20,000 nucleotides of DNA from Theionarchaea archaeon. GTDB lineage: Archaea; Methanobacteriota_B; Thermococci; Methanofastidiosales; SZ-28-30. The stretch spans positions 60,841 through 80,840 of the forward strand of contig JACVGW010000002.1 of the NCBI GenBank assembly GCA_018992565.1. The letters run 5' to 3'. Position 1 is the first letter of the stretch. Every line of letters starts with the position of its first letter. The notes below the pieces were generated by a model. The model was not told the origin of the DNA, ran no database searches, and saw only the letters and a list, made by a program, of their open reading frames with translations. A program made the translations under genes and the position numbers. Shown here piece by piece: positions 1-9,559 of this stretch.

Positions 1-696
1 ATCTTCCAAGAAGAGTCCTGAATACTGTGCAAGAGACTTCTGATCATACACCCTCGTACTGGCATTCCCCCTGATGCAGACTGCTTTCAGCTTTTTTGAT
101 CCCATGACAGCACCCAGCCCGCTCCTGGCAGCAAGTCGTCCCTTGTCGGTAACAACACCTGCTATCAGTGAGAGTGTTTCCCCTGCGGGTCCAATGCAGG
201 CAGTCTCGAACTCTTTTCCGTGTTTTTTCCGGAGATAATCATCAGTGAAGGTTGTATCTTTACCCCAGATTTCAGATGCATCTATCAGTTCTTTCTTACC
301 ATCATCAATGAGCAAGTACACAGGCGAAGGGCTCACACCGGTGAAGAAAAAGCCATCATACCCTGTTTTCTTGATTGCGGGAGCAAAGTAACCGCCGCAG
401 TTGGCATCACCCCACGTCCCTGTCAGCGGGCTTTTTCCAGCAACCATCCAGCGTCCATTCATGAGGGCACCCGTACCTGTGAGCAAGCCGCTCATCACAC
501 AGAAGATGTTCTCCGGTCCCAGTGGATCTGCCCCTGGTTTCTGGCGATCAAAAAGGATCTTGGCGGCCAACCCGTATCCTGAAAGAAATTTCTCGTAGTA
601 CTCGTCTGGAATGACTTCTTCTGTGATAGCTCCCGTCTCAAGATTGACCCACAGAATCTTACCCATGTACCCGAATTTTTGAGGTTCATTTCCCAT
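1..696 (-). CDS. aor: Aldehyde:ferredoxin oxidoreductase (tungsten AOR family), N-terminal part; runs off the window's left edge
   Basis: Not in the ORF track; translated by hand. ATG at 696 gives MGNEPQKFGYMGKILWVNLETG...DPLGPEN...KSPLTGTWGDANCGGYFAPAIKKTGYDG...GRLAARSGLGAVMGSKKLKAV, all AOR N-domain motifs. RBS GGAGGTGAA at 701-709 on the minus strand. Confidence 0.95.
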   Translation of the reverse strand, partial: MGNEPQKFGYMGKILWVNLETGAITEEVIPDEYYEKFLSGYGLAAKILFDRQKPGADPLGPENIFCVMSGLLTGTGALMNGRWMVAGKSPLTGTWGDANCGGYFAPAIKKTGYDGFFFTGVSPSPVYLLIDDGKKELIDASEIWGKDTTFTDDYLRKKHGKEFETACIGPAGETLSLIAGVVTDKGRLAARSGLGAVMGSKKLKAVCIRGNASTRVYDQKSLAQYSGLFLED

Positions 697-991
697 GTTT
701 TTCACCTCCGTATACTGGAGTCCAGTAGATCAAAAGGCTACGGCCGGCTCGTCTACAGTAAAGAGAAACCCCGAGCCATAGTGAGTACGTTAATTACTTC
801 GCCACTGGACATATCTCGTCTCTATCAGGGGAACTATAAAAGGGTTTGCAATTTTATTGGTTACTGCACTTTTGTGCTAATTCCAATTCATATACAATAC
901 TTTAATGTCTTTTTTACTTGTGAATATGAATTGCTGCAGAAAACAGTAATAGGATGACCAACTTTAAAAGGACTCAGGGAAGAATGAGTAC

Positions 992-1795
992 ATGCCAGAA
1001 CTTCCGGATCTGGAAGTGCTGAGAGAACGACTGGAGTCCTTGATTGGAGACACCATTTCAGAGGTGGAGATATTATTTCCCCTAACTTTTCGTGTTTTGA
1101 TAGAAGGCACTCCCCAGAGCGTACTCCTGCATCAACCAGTACAGAGAATTACCAGAAGGGGGAAGCTCTTGATATTTGAGCTTGATAGTCTGTTTCTTGT
1201 TATGAACCTCATGCTGACAGGGAGGTTGCAGCTGACCAGCGCACCTGACACATCCCGCTATCCTGTGGTTATCATTCATTTTGAATCAGGGACTGCCTTG
1301 AAGATTATGGACTACAAGAAGATGGGCAAAATCTACATAACAGATGATCTCAAGAGAGTACCTCAGTACACAAAGCTCGGGGTGGAACCTCTAAGCGAAG
1401 AATTTAGTGTGGAGGTTCTTTCACGCATACTCACTGATTCACGGCCAGTTAAGGTGGTTTTGACTGACCAGAGCAAGATTGCAGGAATTGGAAATGCATA
1501 TGTGGATGAAATACTCTTTCACGCCAAAATAAATCCTAGAAGAAGAGCTGATTCAATGAATCCAGAGGAGATAGTATATCTGTATGATTCCATCCTGACA
1601 GTGTTGAACAATGGAATCAAGAACCTCAGCGAAAGGGCTGGCGACATGTCAGAAGAAGTCCGTGATTTCCTGCTCGTACATGGGAAGAAAGGCCAGAGGT
1701 GTCCAACATGCGGGGCTCAAATTAAGGAAATTGAAGTTTCCAGGAGAGTCACTCATGTATGCCCTTCCTGCCAGAAGGTTACGCTCCCCTGGTAG
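992..1795 (+). CDS. mutM: Fpg/Nei family DNA glycosylase/AP lyase (MutM-like)
   Basis: N-terminal catalytic MPELP, RRGK, H2TH motif DQSKIAGIGNAYVDEILFHAKINP, and C-terminal zinc finger CPTC...CPSCQ. Confidence 0.9.
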   Translation: MPELPDLEVLRERLESLIGDTISEVEILFPLTFRVLIEGTPQSVLLHQPVQRITRRGKLLIFELDSLFLVMNLMLTGRLQLTSAPDTSRYPVVIIHFESGTALKIMDYKKMGKIYITDDLKRVPQYTKLGVEPLSEEFSVEVLSRILTDSRPVKVVLTDQSKIAGIGNAYVDEILFHAKINPRRRADSMNPEEIVYLYDSILTVLNNGIKNLSERAGDMSEEVRDFLLVHGKKGQRCPTCGAQIKEIEVSRRVTHVCPSCQKVTLPW

Positions 1796-1871
1796 GGGTC
1801 TCTCCCTTTTTGACCCATATACAACAATTCTATTTCAGGGTCAAATTGCCAAAAAGTGAAAGAAAAAGGTG

Positions 1872-3188
1872 TTATACCTTTTTCAGAGCCTTCTCAAAGA
1901 TATCCAATGCGAGATCTGCCTGTTCTTCTGCAACGATTAAGGGAGGTACAAATCGGATAGAGCTCTTCCCGCAGGGCAGGAGTAGCAATCCATTCTTCCA
2001 GGATTCAAAGATGATTTTCTCCACTTCTTTCTTCGCATGTTCCTTTGTTTTCCTGTCTTTTACCAGTTCGCAGGCGATCATTAACCCTTTGCCTCGTACA
2101 TCTCCAATAAGGGAGTGGTTCTCGTACATCTCTTTCAGCCGTTTCAGCATATGGGCCCCAACCTTGGCCGCGTTGTCCACAAGTTTACTGGTGAGTAAGT
2201 CAATGGTGGCAAGGGATGCAGCACAGGACACAGGGTTTCCTCCAAATGTTGAAGCATGCGCACCAGGAGGCCACGACATAATCTCAGAAGAGGCAACACA
2301 GGCACCCAAGGGCATACCACTGGCAATCCCCTTGGCCATACATATCACATCCGGGACAACGCCCCAGTGTTCAACTGCAAACATCTTACCCGTTCTGCCA
2401 AACCCTGACTGGACTTCGTCATCCACCAGCAGAATGTTGTGCTCATCACATATCTTCTTTATCTTGCTGAAAAACTCTGGAGGAGGAACGACGTACCCGC
2501 CTTCTCCCTGGATAGGTTCAGCAAATATCGCTGCGACATCAGTTGGAGGGACAACTTTCTCCAGATAGTGCTCAATGTATGCTATGCATTCAAACCCACA
2601 GCTGCCATATTCCTGGTTGAAAGCACACCGATAGCAGTAGGCGTAGGGTACATGGGTCACGTCAGGCACAAGAGGACTGAACCGCTCTTTTTGAATAGCT
2701 TTGGACGCCGTCAATGAGAGGGCCCCCATGGTCCTTCCATGAAATGCTCCTAAGAAGGCAATCATTTTTACTCGTCGTGTGTACCATCGGGCTACCTTGA
2801 GCCCGCACTCAACAGCCTCCGCCCCTGAGTTTCCAAAGAATACTCTCTTATCAAAGTCTCCTGGAGTAATCTGTGTCAGTTTTTGAGCCAGATCTACCTG
2901 CTCTGTATAGTAGAAGTCTGTCCCTGACAGGTGGATTAATTTGTCTGCCTGCTTCTTTATAGCTTCCACGACCTTGGGATGGGAGTGGCCGGTGGCACAG
3001 ACTGCAATACCTGCTGCAAAATCATAGAAGGTGTTTCCATCTACATCCTCAATGATCATCCCTCGCCCCGCTTTGGCAACCAGAGGATATGATCGGGTAT
3101 AGCTCGTTGAGATGTACTTCTCATCCTTTTTGAGGATTTCTTCCGCCTTTGGCCCCGGAAGGGTTGTTCTAATCTGTGGCTTCTCCAT
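1872..3188 (-). CDS. Class-III PLP-dependent aminotransferase (ornithine/4-aminobutyrate omega-aminotransferase-like)
   Basis: Motifs NSGAEAVE, FHGRT, EPIQGEGG, DEVQSGFGRTG, PLP lysine in AKGIASG, STFGGNP. Start moved to ATG 3188 (MEKPQIRTTLPGPK), with GGTGA just upstream. Confidence 0.93.
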   Translation of the reverse strand: MEKPQIRTTLPGPKAEEILKKDEKYISTSYTRSYPLVAKAGRGMIIEDVDGNTFYDFAAGIAVCATGHSHPKVVEAIKKQADKLIHLSGTDFYYTEQVDLAQKLTQITPGDFDKRVFFGNSGAEAVECGLKVARWYTRRVKMIAFLGAFHGRTMGALSLTASKAIQKERFSPLVPDVTHVPYAYCYRCAFNQEYGSCGFECIAYIEHYLEKVVPPTDVAAIFAEPIQGEGGYVVPPPEFFSKIKKICDEHNILLVDDEVQSGFGRTGKMFAVEHWGVVPDVICMAKGIASGMPLGACVASSEIMSWPPGAHASTFGGNPVSCAASLATIDLLTSKLVDNAAKVGAHMLKRLKEMYENHSLIGDVRGKGLMIACELVKDRKTKEHAKKEVEKIIFESWKNGLLLLPCGKSSIRFVPPLIVAEEQADLALDIFEKALKKV

Positions 3189-3314
3189 CAGTATCACCAG
3201 GTAAAATTCAAGTCTCTGCCTTATAAATGTTACCATACCTTTATTAGGTCAGAAGAATATCTTGAACTACTCAGGCGATGTTGTTGTTTCGCTTGAATTT
3301 GTCAGGTGGTCATC

Positions 3315-3758
3315 ATGGATGAACTGGACAGAGATATACTGCGGGAACTGAGAGAAGACGCGAGAATATCCTTTCGAGAGATCGCTCTGAAAACCAACGT
3401 ATCTTCCCAGACAGTTAGTGACCGCATCCAGAAGTTGATGGAGAAAGGAGTGATTAAAGGATTCACGGTCGTGATAGACCAGAATGCGGCAGGGTATCCC
3501 ATTACGTTCACCGTGGAGCTGGATGTGGATGTTCGTAACATGAAGCAGATTTTGAATAGCCTCTGCGAGTATCCAGAGCTGTACCAGATCAGTGTCATAA
3601 CAGGGGATCATGATATTCTAGCTCTGGGCGTTGCCAGAGATATTACACATCTCTACGAGATTATTGAGGAGAAGATCAGTAATATTGAAGGTGTCAAGGC
3701 GACAAAAACATCTATATCATTGAGAACCGTGAAGGAAGTCCCAAAATGTGTGGGCTAG
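3315..3758 (+). CDS. Lrp/AsnC family transcriptional regulator
   Basis: MDELDRDILRELREDARISFREIA...VSDRIQKLMEKGVIKGF HTH plus a RAM domain (ITGDHD). AGGTGG lies upstream of ATG 3315. Divergent from the aminotransferase. Confidence 0.93.
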   Translation: MDELDRDILRELREDARISFREIALKTNVSSQTVSDRIQKLMEKGVIKGFTVVIDQNAAGYPITFTVELDVDVRNMKQILNSLCEYPELYQISVITGDHDILALGVARDITHLYEIIEEKISNIEGVKATKTSISLRTVKEVPKCVG

Positions 3759-3930
3759 AATTGAGAACGATCCAGAAGAATGGGTTCCCACCAAGTTCCT
3801 CCCTGAGGTTCCTGACTGAATACTCATTTTCCCTGTAATTTTCGTTGACATCATGGTACTAGCTCTGACATCCCATTCTTTTATACCACGAGAAGTCCTT
3901 GACTGATATTCAACAATCTCAAGAGCCTTT

Positions 3931-4671
3931 CTAGCCCGTTGCCGCAAATATGGCCATGGCGGACAATGCGCCGGATACAGTGGCCCACAGGTTAGTCTGG
4001 TTGTTTCCCCACCAGCCAAGCTTGGTTTCACAAGTTGCACCCAGAACAGAATCTACATTTGCACCGATAAACCCTGCTGCACTGATGCCTAGAAATAACG
4101 CTGGTCCAGAAAATCCACCACTGCGCATGCCCAGGATCCAGGCTAACCCAGCAATAACAGCAGCAATCCCCAGTTCTGCGGCTTCTCCCAGGGGGGTGAT
4201 ACCTCCTTCTGCTCCCACAGCTACAGTCTTGAACGTGGTAATGAGAACAGGAGGTCTCTTGGAGAGTCTTCCGATTTCTCCTCCTGCAGTATCTGCTGTA
4301 GCGCTGGCCATGGCACCGAGAAATCCAGCCAGAAAGAATCCACCACCATATACTCCTTCAAGGACTGCACATATCATGGCAGCCAGACCATTTCCGAAGA
4401 CATTGCCATAACCTCTCGCTCCTTTCTTGGCTTCCGCAACACCCCGTTTTTTCTTTTGTTCATATTTATACTGGGTAGCTGCTCCTGCCAGAACGAAAAA
4501 CGTCAGTGAAATGACAAAGTATTCCCAACCTGCAAATATCCATACTATGAACCCAATCAAGAACCCTGACCACAGCCCTGAACCGCGAACGACCTTGGCT
4601 TTGTAGGCCAGGACTCCTATGGAAATCAAAATGATTACCGGGATTGCTATTTCGTTGATTGACGAGATCAT
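3931..4671 (-). CDS. DUF92 (TMEM19/TIGR00297-like) integral membrane protein
   Basis: Multiple TM segments; motifs GARGYGNVFGNG, ATADTAGGEIG, ITTFKTV..G.EGGIT..G, DSVLGAT, NN.TN. Start is ATG 4671 or GTG 4680. Confidence 0.88.
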   Translation of the reverse strand: MISSINEIAIPVIILISIGVLAYKAKVVRGSGLWSGFLIGFIVWIFAGWEYFVISLTFFVLAGAATQYKYEQKKKRGVAEAKKGARGYGNVFGNGLAAMICAVLEGVYGGGFFLAGFLGAMASATADTAGGEIGRLSKRPPVLITTFKTVAVGAEGGITPLGEAAELGIAAVIAGLAWILGMRSGGFSGPALFLGISAAGFIGANVDSVLGATCETKLGWWGNNQTNLWATVSGALSAMAIFAATG

Positions 4672-4719
4672 TTTTATCACTGTTGATATTTTGAAGGGGT
4701 ATTTAAGGGTTTGTGTAGG

Positions 4720-5175
4720 TTATGGTGCCAGCCCCTCTGATGCGTACATATAAACAACCTCTGTGTAGCCGAGGGTGGTCATAGCAGGGGGGTTCAATGT
4801 CCTGACCCGGGCGATGGCCTGGTCAGGTGGAATCCCCTGGTGGATGAGGTAGCAGGAAAGCATGGCTCCCGTGCGGTCATTCCCAGCATAGCAGTGGACA
4901 ATTCCAGGTGCTGTGAGAGACATGGCCACCTCAACAAAGCGGGGGACAGCCTTCACGAATTGCTCTTTTGATTGGAGCGTCGTCAAAGCAATATCAGGGA
5001 GATACAGTGGAACGTGGTCTATAGGGGAGGCAGCAATCTCCTGAGCATTCACCTTGTCATCCAGGGATATAATTGAGCGAATTCCTGCCGCGTACAACTC
5101 AGAGAGGTTCCAGGGCTTTCGTACAGGTCCACACCGTCCTCCTAACAATGGAGTTATCCAGTAAATACGATCCAT
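4720..5175 (-). CDS. Dual-specificity/protein-tyrosine phosphatase family protein
   Basis: CX5R P-loop VHCYAGNDRTG in a 151-aa protein; 8 nt downstream of the M20 peptidase, with GGTGA RBS. Confidence 0.88.
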   Translation of the reverse strand: MDRIYWITPLLGGRCGPVRKPWNLSELYAAGIRSIISLDDKVNAQEIAASPIDHVPLYLPDIALTTLQSKEQFVKAVPRFVEVAMSLTAPGIVHCYAGNDRTGAMLSCYLIHQGIPPDQAIARVRTLNPPAMTTLGYTEVVYMYASEGLAP

Positions 5176-5183
5176 TGAATCAC

Positions 5184-6473
5184 CTACATTCTCTTGATAA
5201 TTTCTGTGATAACGTTGATACCTTCTTCATAGTCTGATAGGGAGATACTCTCATTGGGGCTGTGCGTCCGTGACTCTGCATCTCCTACACCAATGGAGAC
5301 TGTGGGAATGCCCAGGACATCAGTGAACAGCCACATGGGACCTGATCCCGACATGGTGGGATAGATGACAGGTGGGTTTTCATATACTGCTCTCATAGAC
5401 TGTTCAGTGACAGAGACAATTTCTGCAGTTACCGGGGTCTTGGCAGGCCAGAGAGGCCCCATGAGTTCTGTATCAATGTCTGAGAATCCATGCTTCTCAA
5501 GGTGTAGGGTTAGTAGCTGGAATATCTTCTGCGGGTCCTGGCGGGGAACGAGTCTGAAATCAATCTTTGCCATGGCATCTGCGGGGAGGACAGTCTTGCT
5601 CCCTTGACCAGTATAGCCGGAAAGAATGCCGCATATGTTGCAGCTTGGGCCATACAAGAGATGGTAAACTGCTTCTTCATCTGACATGTCATTGAGGAAG
5701 TGGTCGACACCCAGCATGGCTCTGGCCTTGTCGCCATCATAGGGTATGGAGTCGACTATGGCACGTTCTTCAGCAGTGGGAGGCTCTACGTCCTGGTAGA
5801 AACCTTCTATCAGGATGTGGTCCCTGGAGTCTTTCAGTGTGGTCAAGGCTCTGATAAGTCTCCATGCGGGATTTTCCACGATAACTGCAAAAGCTGAGTG
5901 AAGATCTCTTTTGCTTCCATGCGCACGGAGCTGTACGTAGCATAGCCCTTTGGCTCCCAGGCACATGGTGGGTCTCCCTGCTTCATCTTTGTATCCTGCC
6001 TCCCAGATGCACGCATCAGCTTTGAGGAGGGATTTGTGGGTTTCGACGAATTTCTGGAGAGAAGGACTGCCAATCTCTTCTTCCCCCTCTATGATGAACT
6101 TTATAGTGATAGGCAGCCTGTCAAAGGATTCCACGGCTGCCAGGCGGGCCATGATGTTTCCTTTGTTATCTGCAACACCTCTGGCATACAGCCGATTGTC
6201 TCTGACATCAGGCTCGAAGGGTGGAGTAACCCACTGATCAAGGGGATCTGGGGGCTGCACATCGTAGTGATCATAGAAGATGAGGGTTTTGTCAGATATC
6301 CCTTTTTTTTCGCCGAATACTACGGGGTGCCCCTCTGTGGGTATGATCTGGACGTGAAACCCTGCTTCTTGCAGGAATTCCGTGACTTTTTCCGCACAGT
6401 CCTGAATCGCTTGATGATGGGCTGAGACACTGGGAATCTTCAGCAGCTCTTTCAAGGCTTCAACATTGGTCAT
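5184..6473 (-). CDS. M20/M25/M40 family metallopeptidase (dipeptidase/deacylase)
   Basis: Motifs HYDVQP, RGVADNKG, EGEEEIGS, DLHS and C-terminal HSPNE. Confidence 0.93.
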   Translation of the reverse strand: MTNVEALKELLKIPSVSAHHQAIQDCAEKVTEFLQEAGFHVQIIPTEGHPVVFGEKKGISDKTLIFYDHYDVQPPDPLDQWVTPPFEPDVRDNRLYARGVADNKGNIMARLAAVESFDRLPITIKFIIEGEEEIGSPSLQKFVETHKSLLKADACIWEAGYKDEAGRPTMCLGAKGLCYVQLRAHGSKRDLHSAFAVIVENPAWRLIRALTTLKDSRDHILIEGFYQDVEPPTAEERAIVDSIPYDGDKARAMLGVDHFLNDMSDEEAVYHLLYGPSCNICGILSGYTGQGSKTVLPADAMAKIDFRLVPRQDPQKIFQLLTLHLEKHGFSDIDTELMGPLWPAKTPVTAEIVSVTEQSMRAVYENPPVIYPTMSGSGPMWLFTDVLGIPTVSIGVGDAESRTHSPNESISLSDYEEGINVITEIIKRM

Positions 6474-6757
6474 GCAGAGGTGTTGTGGAAGGCCATAATA
6501 AAGCTATGTTTTGAATTCTCTGACCCTGCAGGAAGGAGAAGACATATACTGAGGATGTCAACATATGCACTTTTGGGTGGCATATCTGTATGTGATCCGA
6601 TCGTTCTTCATCAATAGACAATGATATGATATATGTGTTATGTCTCACATGGCTGTTCCATTCTCTTTATATCAAAATCTATCACGTATTTATGTCTTTA
6701 TAAATAGGATTATCCATAATTTTTTATATAAGAACATATGAATGGAAGCACGGAGGA

Positions 6758-7534
6758 ATGACAGTGAACCCCAGCAGAGATAAAGTGGCTCTCATAACAG
6801 GAGCATCTAGCGGCCTTGGCGAGGCTTATGCCAGGAAATTAGCCTCACAAGGGTATGACCTTGTCCTCGTAGCAAGAAGAGAGGAGCGGTTATCTGCTTT
6901 GAGTAGTGAACTCCAGGCTGACTATCCCATCACGGCGGAGGTTCTTGTTGCAGATCTAACCAGAGAGCGTGACATAAAAAGGGTAGAAACCACAATCTCT
7001 GATCTAGATCACATAGATATACTCATAAATAATGCAGGCTTTGGAACGACAGGAACATTTGCAGAGGTGGATCTCAAAGGGCAGCTTGGGATGATAACTC
7101 TCTATGTTGTGGCACCTACACGCCTCATCCGCGCCGCTCTGCATAAAATGGAAAAGGGAGGATCAATCATCAATGTTGCCTCTCTCGGCGCTTTTATCAA
7201 AGTGCCAGGGAATGTCACCTACTGCGCAGCGAAGTCCTACCTTGTAGTCTTCTCGGAGACTCTGCAGATAGAGCTTAAGGAGAAAGGCATCCGTGTTCAA
7301 GCATTATGTCCGGGATTTGCCAGGACGGAGTTCCACGGAAAAATGGGAGGATTCGACAGTTCAGTTGTTCCGAAGGTTCTATGGATGAATCCTGAGGATG
7401 TTGTCAAAGAATCATTGAAAGCCTTGGAGAAAGGAAAGGTGGTGTGCATTCCAGGTCTCAGGAATCGTATCGTTTTCATTCTGGCTCGTATTGGTGTTAG
7501 TCCATTTCTATTGAAGTTGTATCACCTTCAGTAG
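6758..7534 (+). CDS. Short-chain dehydrogenase/reductase (SDR)
   Basis: TGASSGLG Rossmann motif, NNAGFG, catalytic YCAAK, LCPG. The true start may be GTG 6764 given the spacing of GGAGG at 6752-6756. Confidence 0.93.
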   Translation: MTVNPSRDKVALITGASSGLGEAYARKLASQGYDLVLVARREERLSALSSELQADYPITAEVLVADLTRERDIKRVETTISDLDHIDILINNAGFGTTGTFAEVDLKGQLGMITLYVVAPTRLIRAALHKMEKGGSIINVASLGAFIKVPGNVTYCAAKSYLVVFSETLQIELKEKGIRVQALCPGFARTEFHGKMGGFDSSVVPKVLWMNPEDVVKESLKALEKGKVVCIPGLRNRIVFILARIGVSPFLLKLYHLQ

Positions 7535-7928
7535 AGGAAATTCAATTAACCATATAGGCGATGACCACAGTTCCTCTTCGGGAGTACACTGGACTCAAAA
7601 ATGAAGAGAAGATTAAAAGGAGGTAGCACAGGCTACCAGAAAACCAATTGCTGGATCAGTTGCTACAGAATCCGATCGAACCTCAGCCGGCATTCAGCCA
7701 GTCCTCCGTGCCCGTAGTATTCCAGAACCACCTCGTGGTACCGACCAACGAGATCGAGCTCCTTCTCAAGTATTTTCGCAGCCTGATCTTTCCAGCTTCT
7801 CGAGCGCTATCTTCCCATCGATGAGCAGAAGAATACCATCATTGTACAGAGAGCTGATGAGAAGACGCTAGAGCTTCTTTTTTCATCTTGCTGTTCAATT
7901 CGTTGTATTTTTAAGACAAAATGAGGTC

Positions 7929-9125
7929 TTATCTCGTTGATATCACGCTGAGAAGTCTCTCCACACCCAGAGCAATCCCTTCAACCTCAATGCCGCCTTC
8001 CCCTTTGGCACTGTCACCCACCAGGTATAACCCTTCGACAGGGGTTACCTGATCAAGGTCCTGACCAGACGCAGCATGATTCACAGGATTACTACTCCGG
8101 TAAATCTGAATATTCAAAACTTCATATCTCCCACCAAACAACTTCTCAAGCTCAGAAAGTCCCTTTTCCTTCTCTTTTCCAAAATTACCTGAAGATGCTC
8201 TCTGGTGAGCCATGACCAGATGATATCCCTCAGGAGCAAGGGAAGGATCGATATTCGTTACCTGGTTAACCCCTCCAATGTGGTCCAGCGCTGGAGTAAA
8301 CATCACCCCAGAATGGCCTATCAGTGATTCTTTTGAAGCCAGTGAGTACTTGATACCTTCAGAAGGGGTCATCTCATCAATCTGCGCCTGATATTCTCTG
8401 GGGAACTTGACCAGTCTCGAGGTTGCTTTTGCGCCGATGTCAGACACCACTACAGAGTCTCTATATTCTTTTCCGTCCTCATCTGTGACCCCGCACACGC
8501 TGTCATCTGTTATAATCTCAGTCACTCTCTTATGCACAATATCGTTCCCTCGTCTCCGAATGGCCTCCTCCAGTGCTCTTATTACACCAGAACACCCCCC
8601 CAGGGGAATACCGGGTCCTCTGTATTTGAACATAGACCTGACAATGGAAAACATTTCACTGCATGGAACCTGTGAGGGCTCCAAGCTCAAAGACCAGATA
8701 CAAAATGACCTAAATCCTCTTAGAATTATATCATTTTTCGTCCTTTGTTCAAGAAATTCCTTGAATGACTTCTTGCTTCCTTTCCTGTACCTCATTTCCA
8801 TCAGTGTAGTATACAACCACGTTCTCTCAGCCAGCTTCAACATATCCAGTACCTGTCCAAACCGCATCTCTCTATCATAGAAAAACGTTGCCAGAGGGTT
8901 TGAATCTACAATAGTGCAGGTAGCTCCTGCTCTTTTCAAGAGCCGAGCAAGAGGCCCCTTGGAACCATGTGGTACCATGTGCAGGGCACCCGTGGTCAGC
9001 TGAAATCCTTTGTAAGGAATATTACGGAACCGGCCGCCAAGCTGAGACGTCTTCTCGAAAAGCGTCACTTTAGGACAAAGGGCTGCTACCAACAACCCTC
9101 CAATCCCACCTCCAATGACAATCAT
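7929..9125 (-). CDS. FAD-dependent oxidoreductase, phytoene desaturase (CrtI)-like archaeal family
   Basis: N-terminal GGGIGG dinucleotide fold, EK...LGGR, DPSLAPEG, and C-terminal GLYLVGD. Confidence 0.8.
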   Translation of the reverse strand: MIVIGGGIGGLLVAALCPKVTLFEKTSQLGGRFRNIPYKGFQLTTGALHMVPHGSKGPLARLLKRAGATCTIVDSNPLATFFYDREMRFGQVLDMLKLAERTWLYTTLMEMRYRKGSKKSFKEFLEQRTKNDIILRGFRSFCIWSLSLEPSQVPCSEMFSIVRSMFKYRGPGIPLGGCSGVIRALEEAIRRRGNDIVHKRVTEIITDDSVCGVTDEDGKEYRDSVVVSDIGAKATSRLVKFPREYQAQIDEMTPSEGIKYSLASKESLIGHSGVMFTPALDHIGGVNQVTNIDPSLAPEGYHLVMAHQRASSGNFGKEKEKGLSELEKLFGGRYEVLNIQIYRSSNPVNHAASGQDLDQVTPVEGLYLVGDSAKGEGGIEVEGIALGVERLLSVISTR

Positions 9126-9559
9126 GTACCATTAAGAACTGGCAGGAATAAAAAGGTTCCTACCATCCAGTCACGACATATAGAATAATCTTTCGAACCT
9201 AAATAGCGTGGTTGTTAATCCATATCTTCTGTATCATTGAAAAAGCTCCATATGAAGAGTTTTTTCTCCCCTGCGTCATTAGTCTGTCTGACAAATGCGG
9301 AATTTTGATTCAACATGCCCACACACATGCGGTGGGTTTTCCTTTCCGGATATGAGAATTGTCAACTTATTTTTAATAAATTGAGCAACTAATCCAAAAA
9401 AGAAGAAATTTTAACTTAAAAGACAGAAATAGTCCATAATTTATATTTTTTTGCATAAAAAGACCAGAACATTTTTAAAGAAGAAAATGACTATATGAAC
9501 CTGTGATGCAGTGTTGTCAGAGAGAAATTCTATACCGTTTGCAGTAAGGAGGCGAAAAA

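Noticed and set aside
220..689. ORFs 220..582, 401..598 and 495..689
   Set aside because: Antisense or off-frame shadows of the aor gene, which the track missed because it has no stop in the window.
1759..2717. Long + strand ORFs 1759..2568 and 2439..2717
   Set aside because: Antisense to the well-supported aminotransferase, with no motifs.
1872..3188. Possibility that the class-III enzyme is an amino-acid racemase like those of Thermococcales
   Set aside because: As I recall, racemases of this fold have Asp (IQGD) at the position where this protein has Glu (IQGEGG), the transaminase state.
7622..7637. Hairpin GGTAGC-ACAG-GCTACC
   Set aside because: Only a 6-bp stem with no U-tract; compatible with chance.
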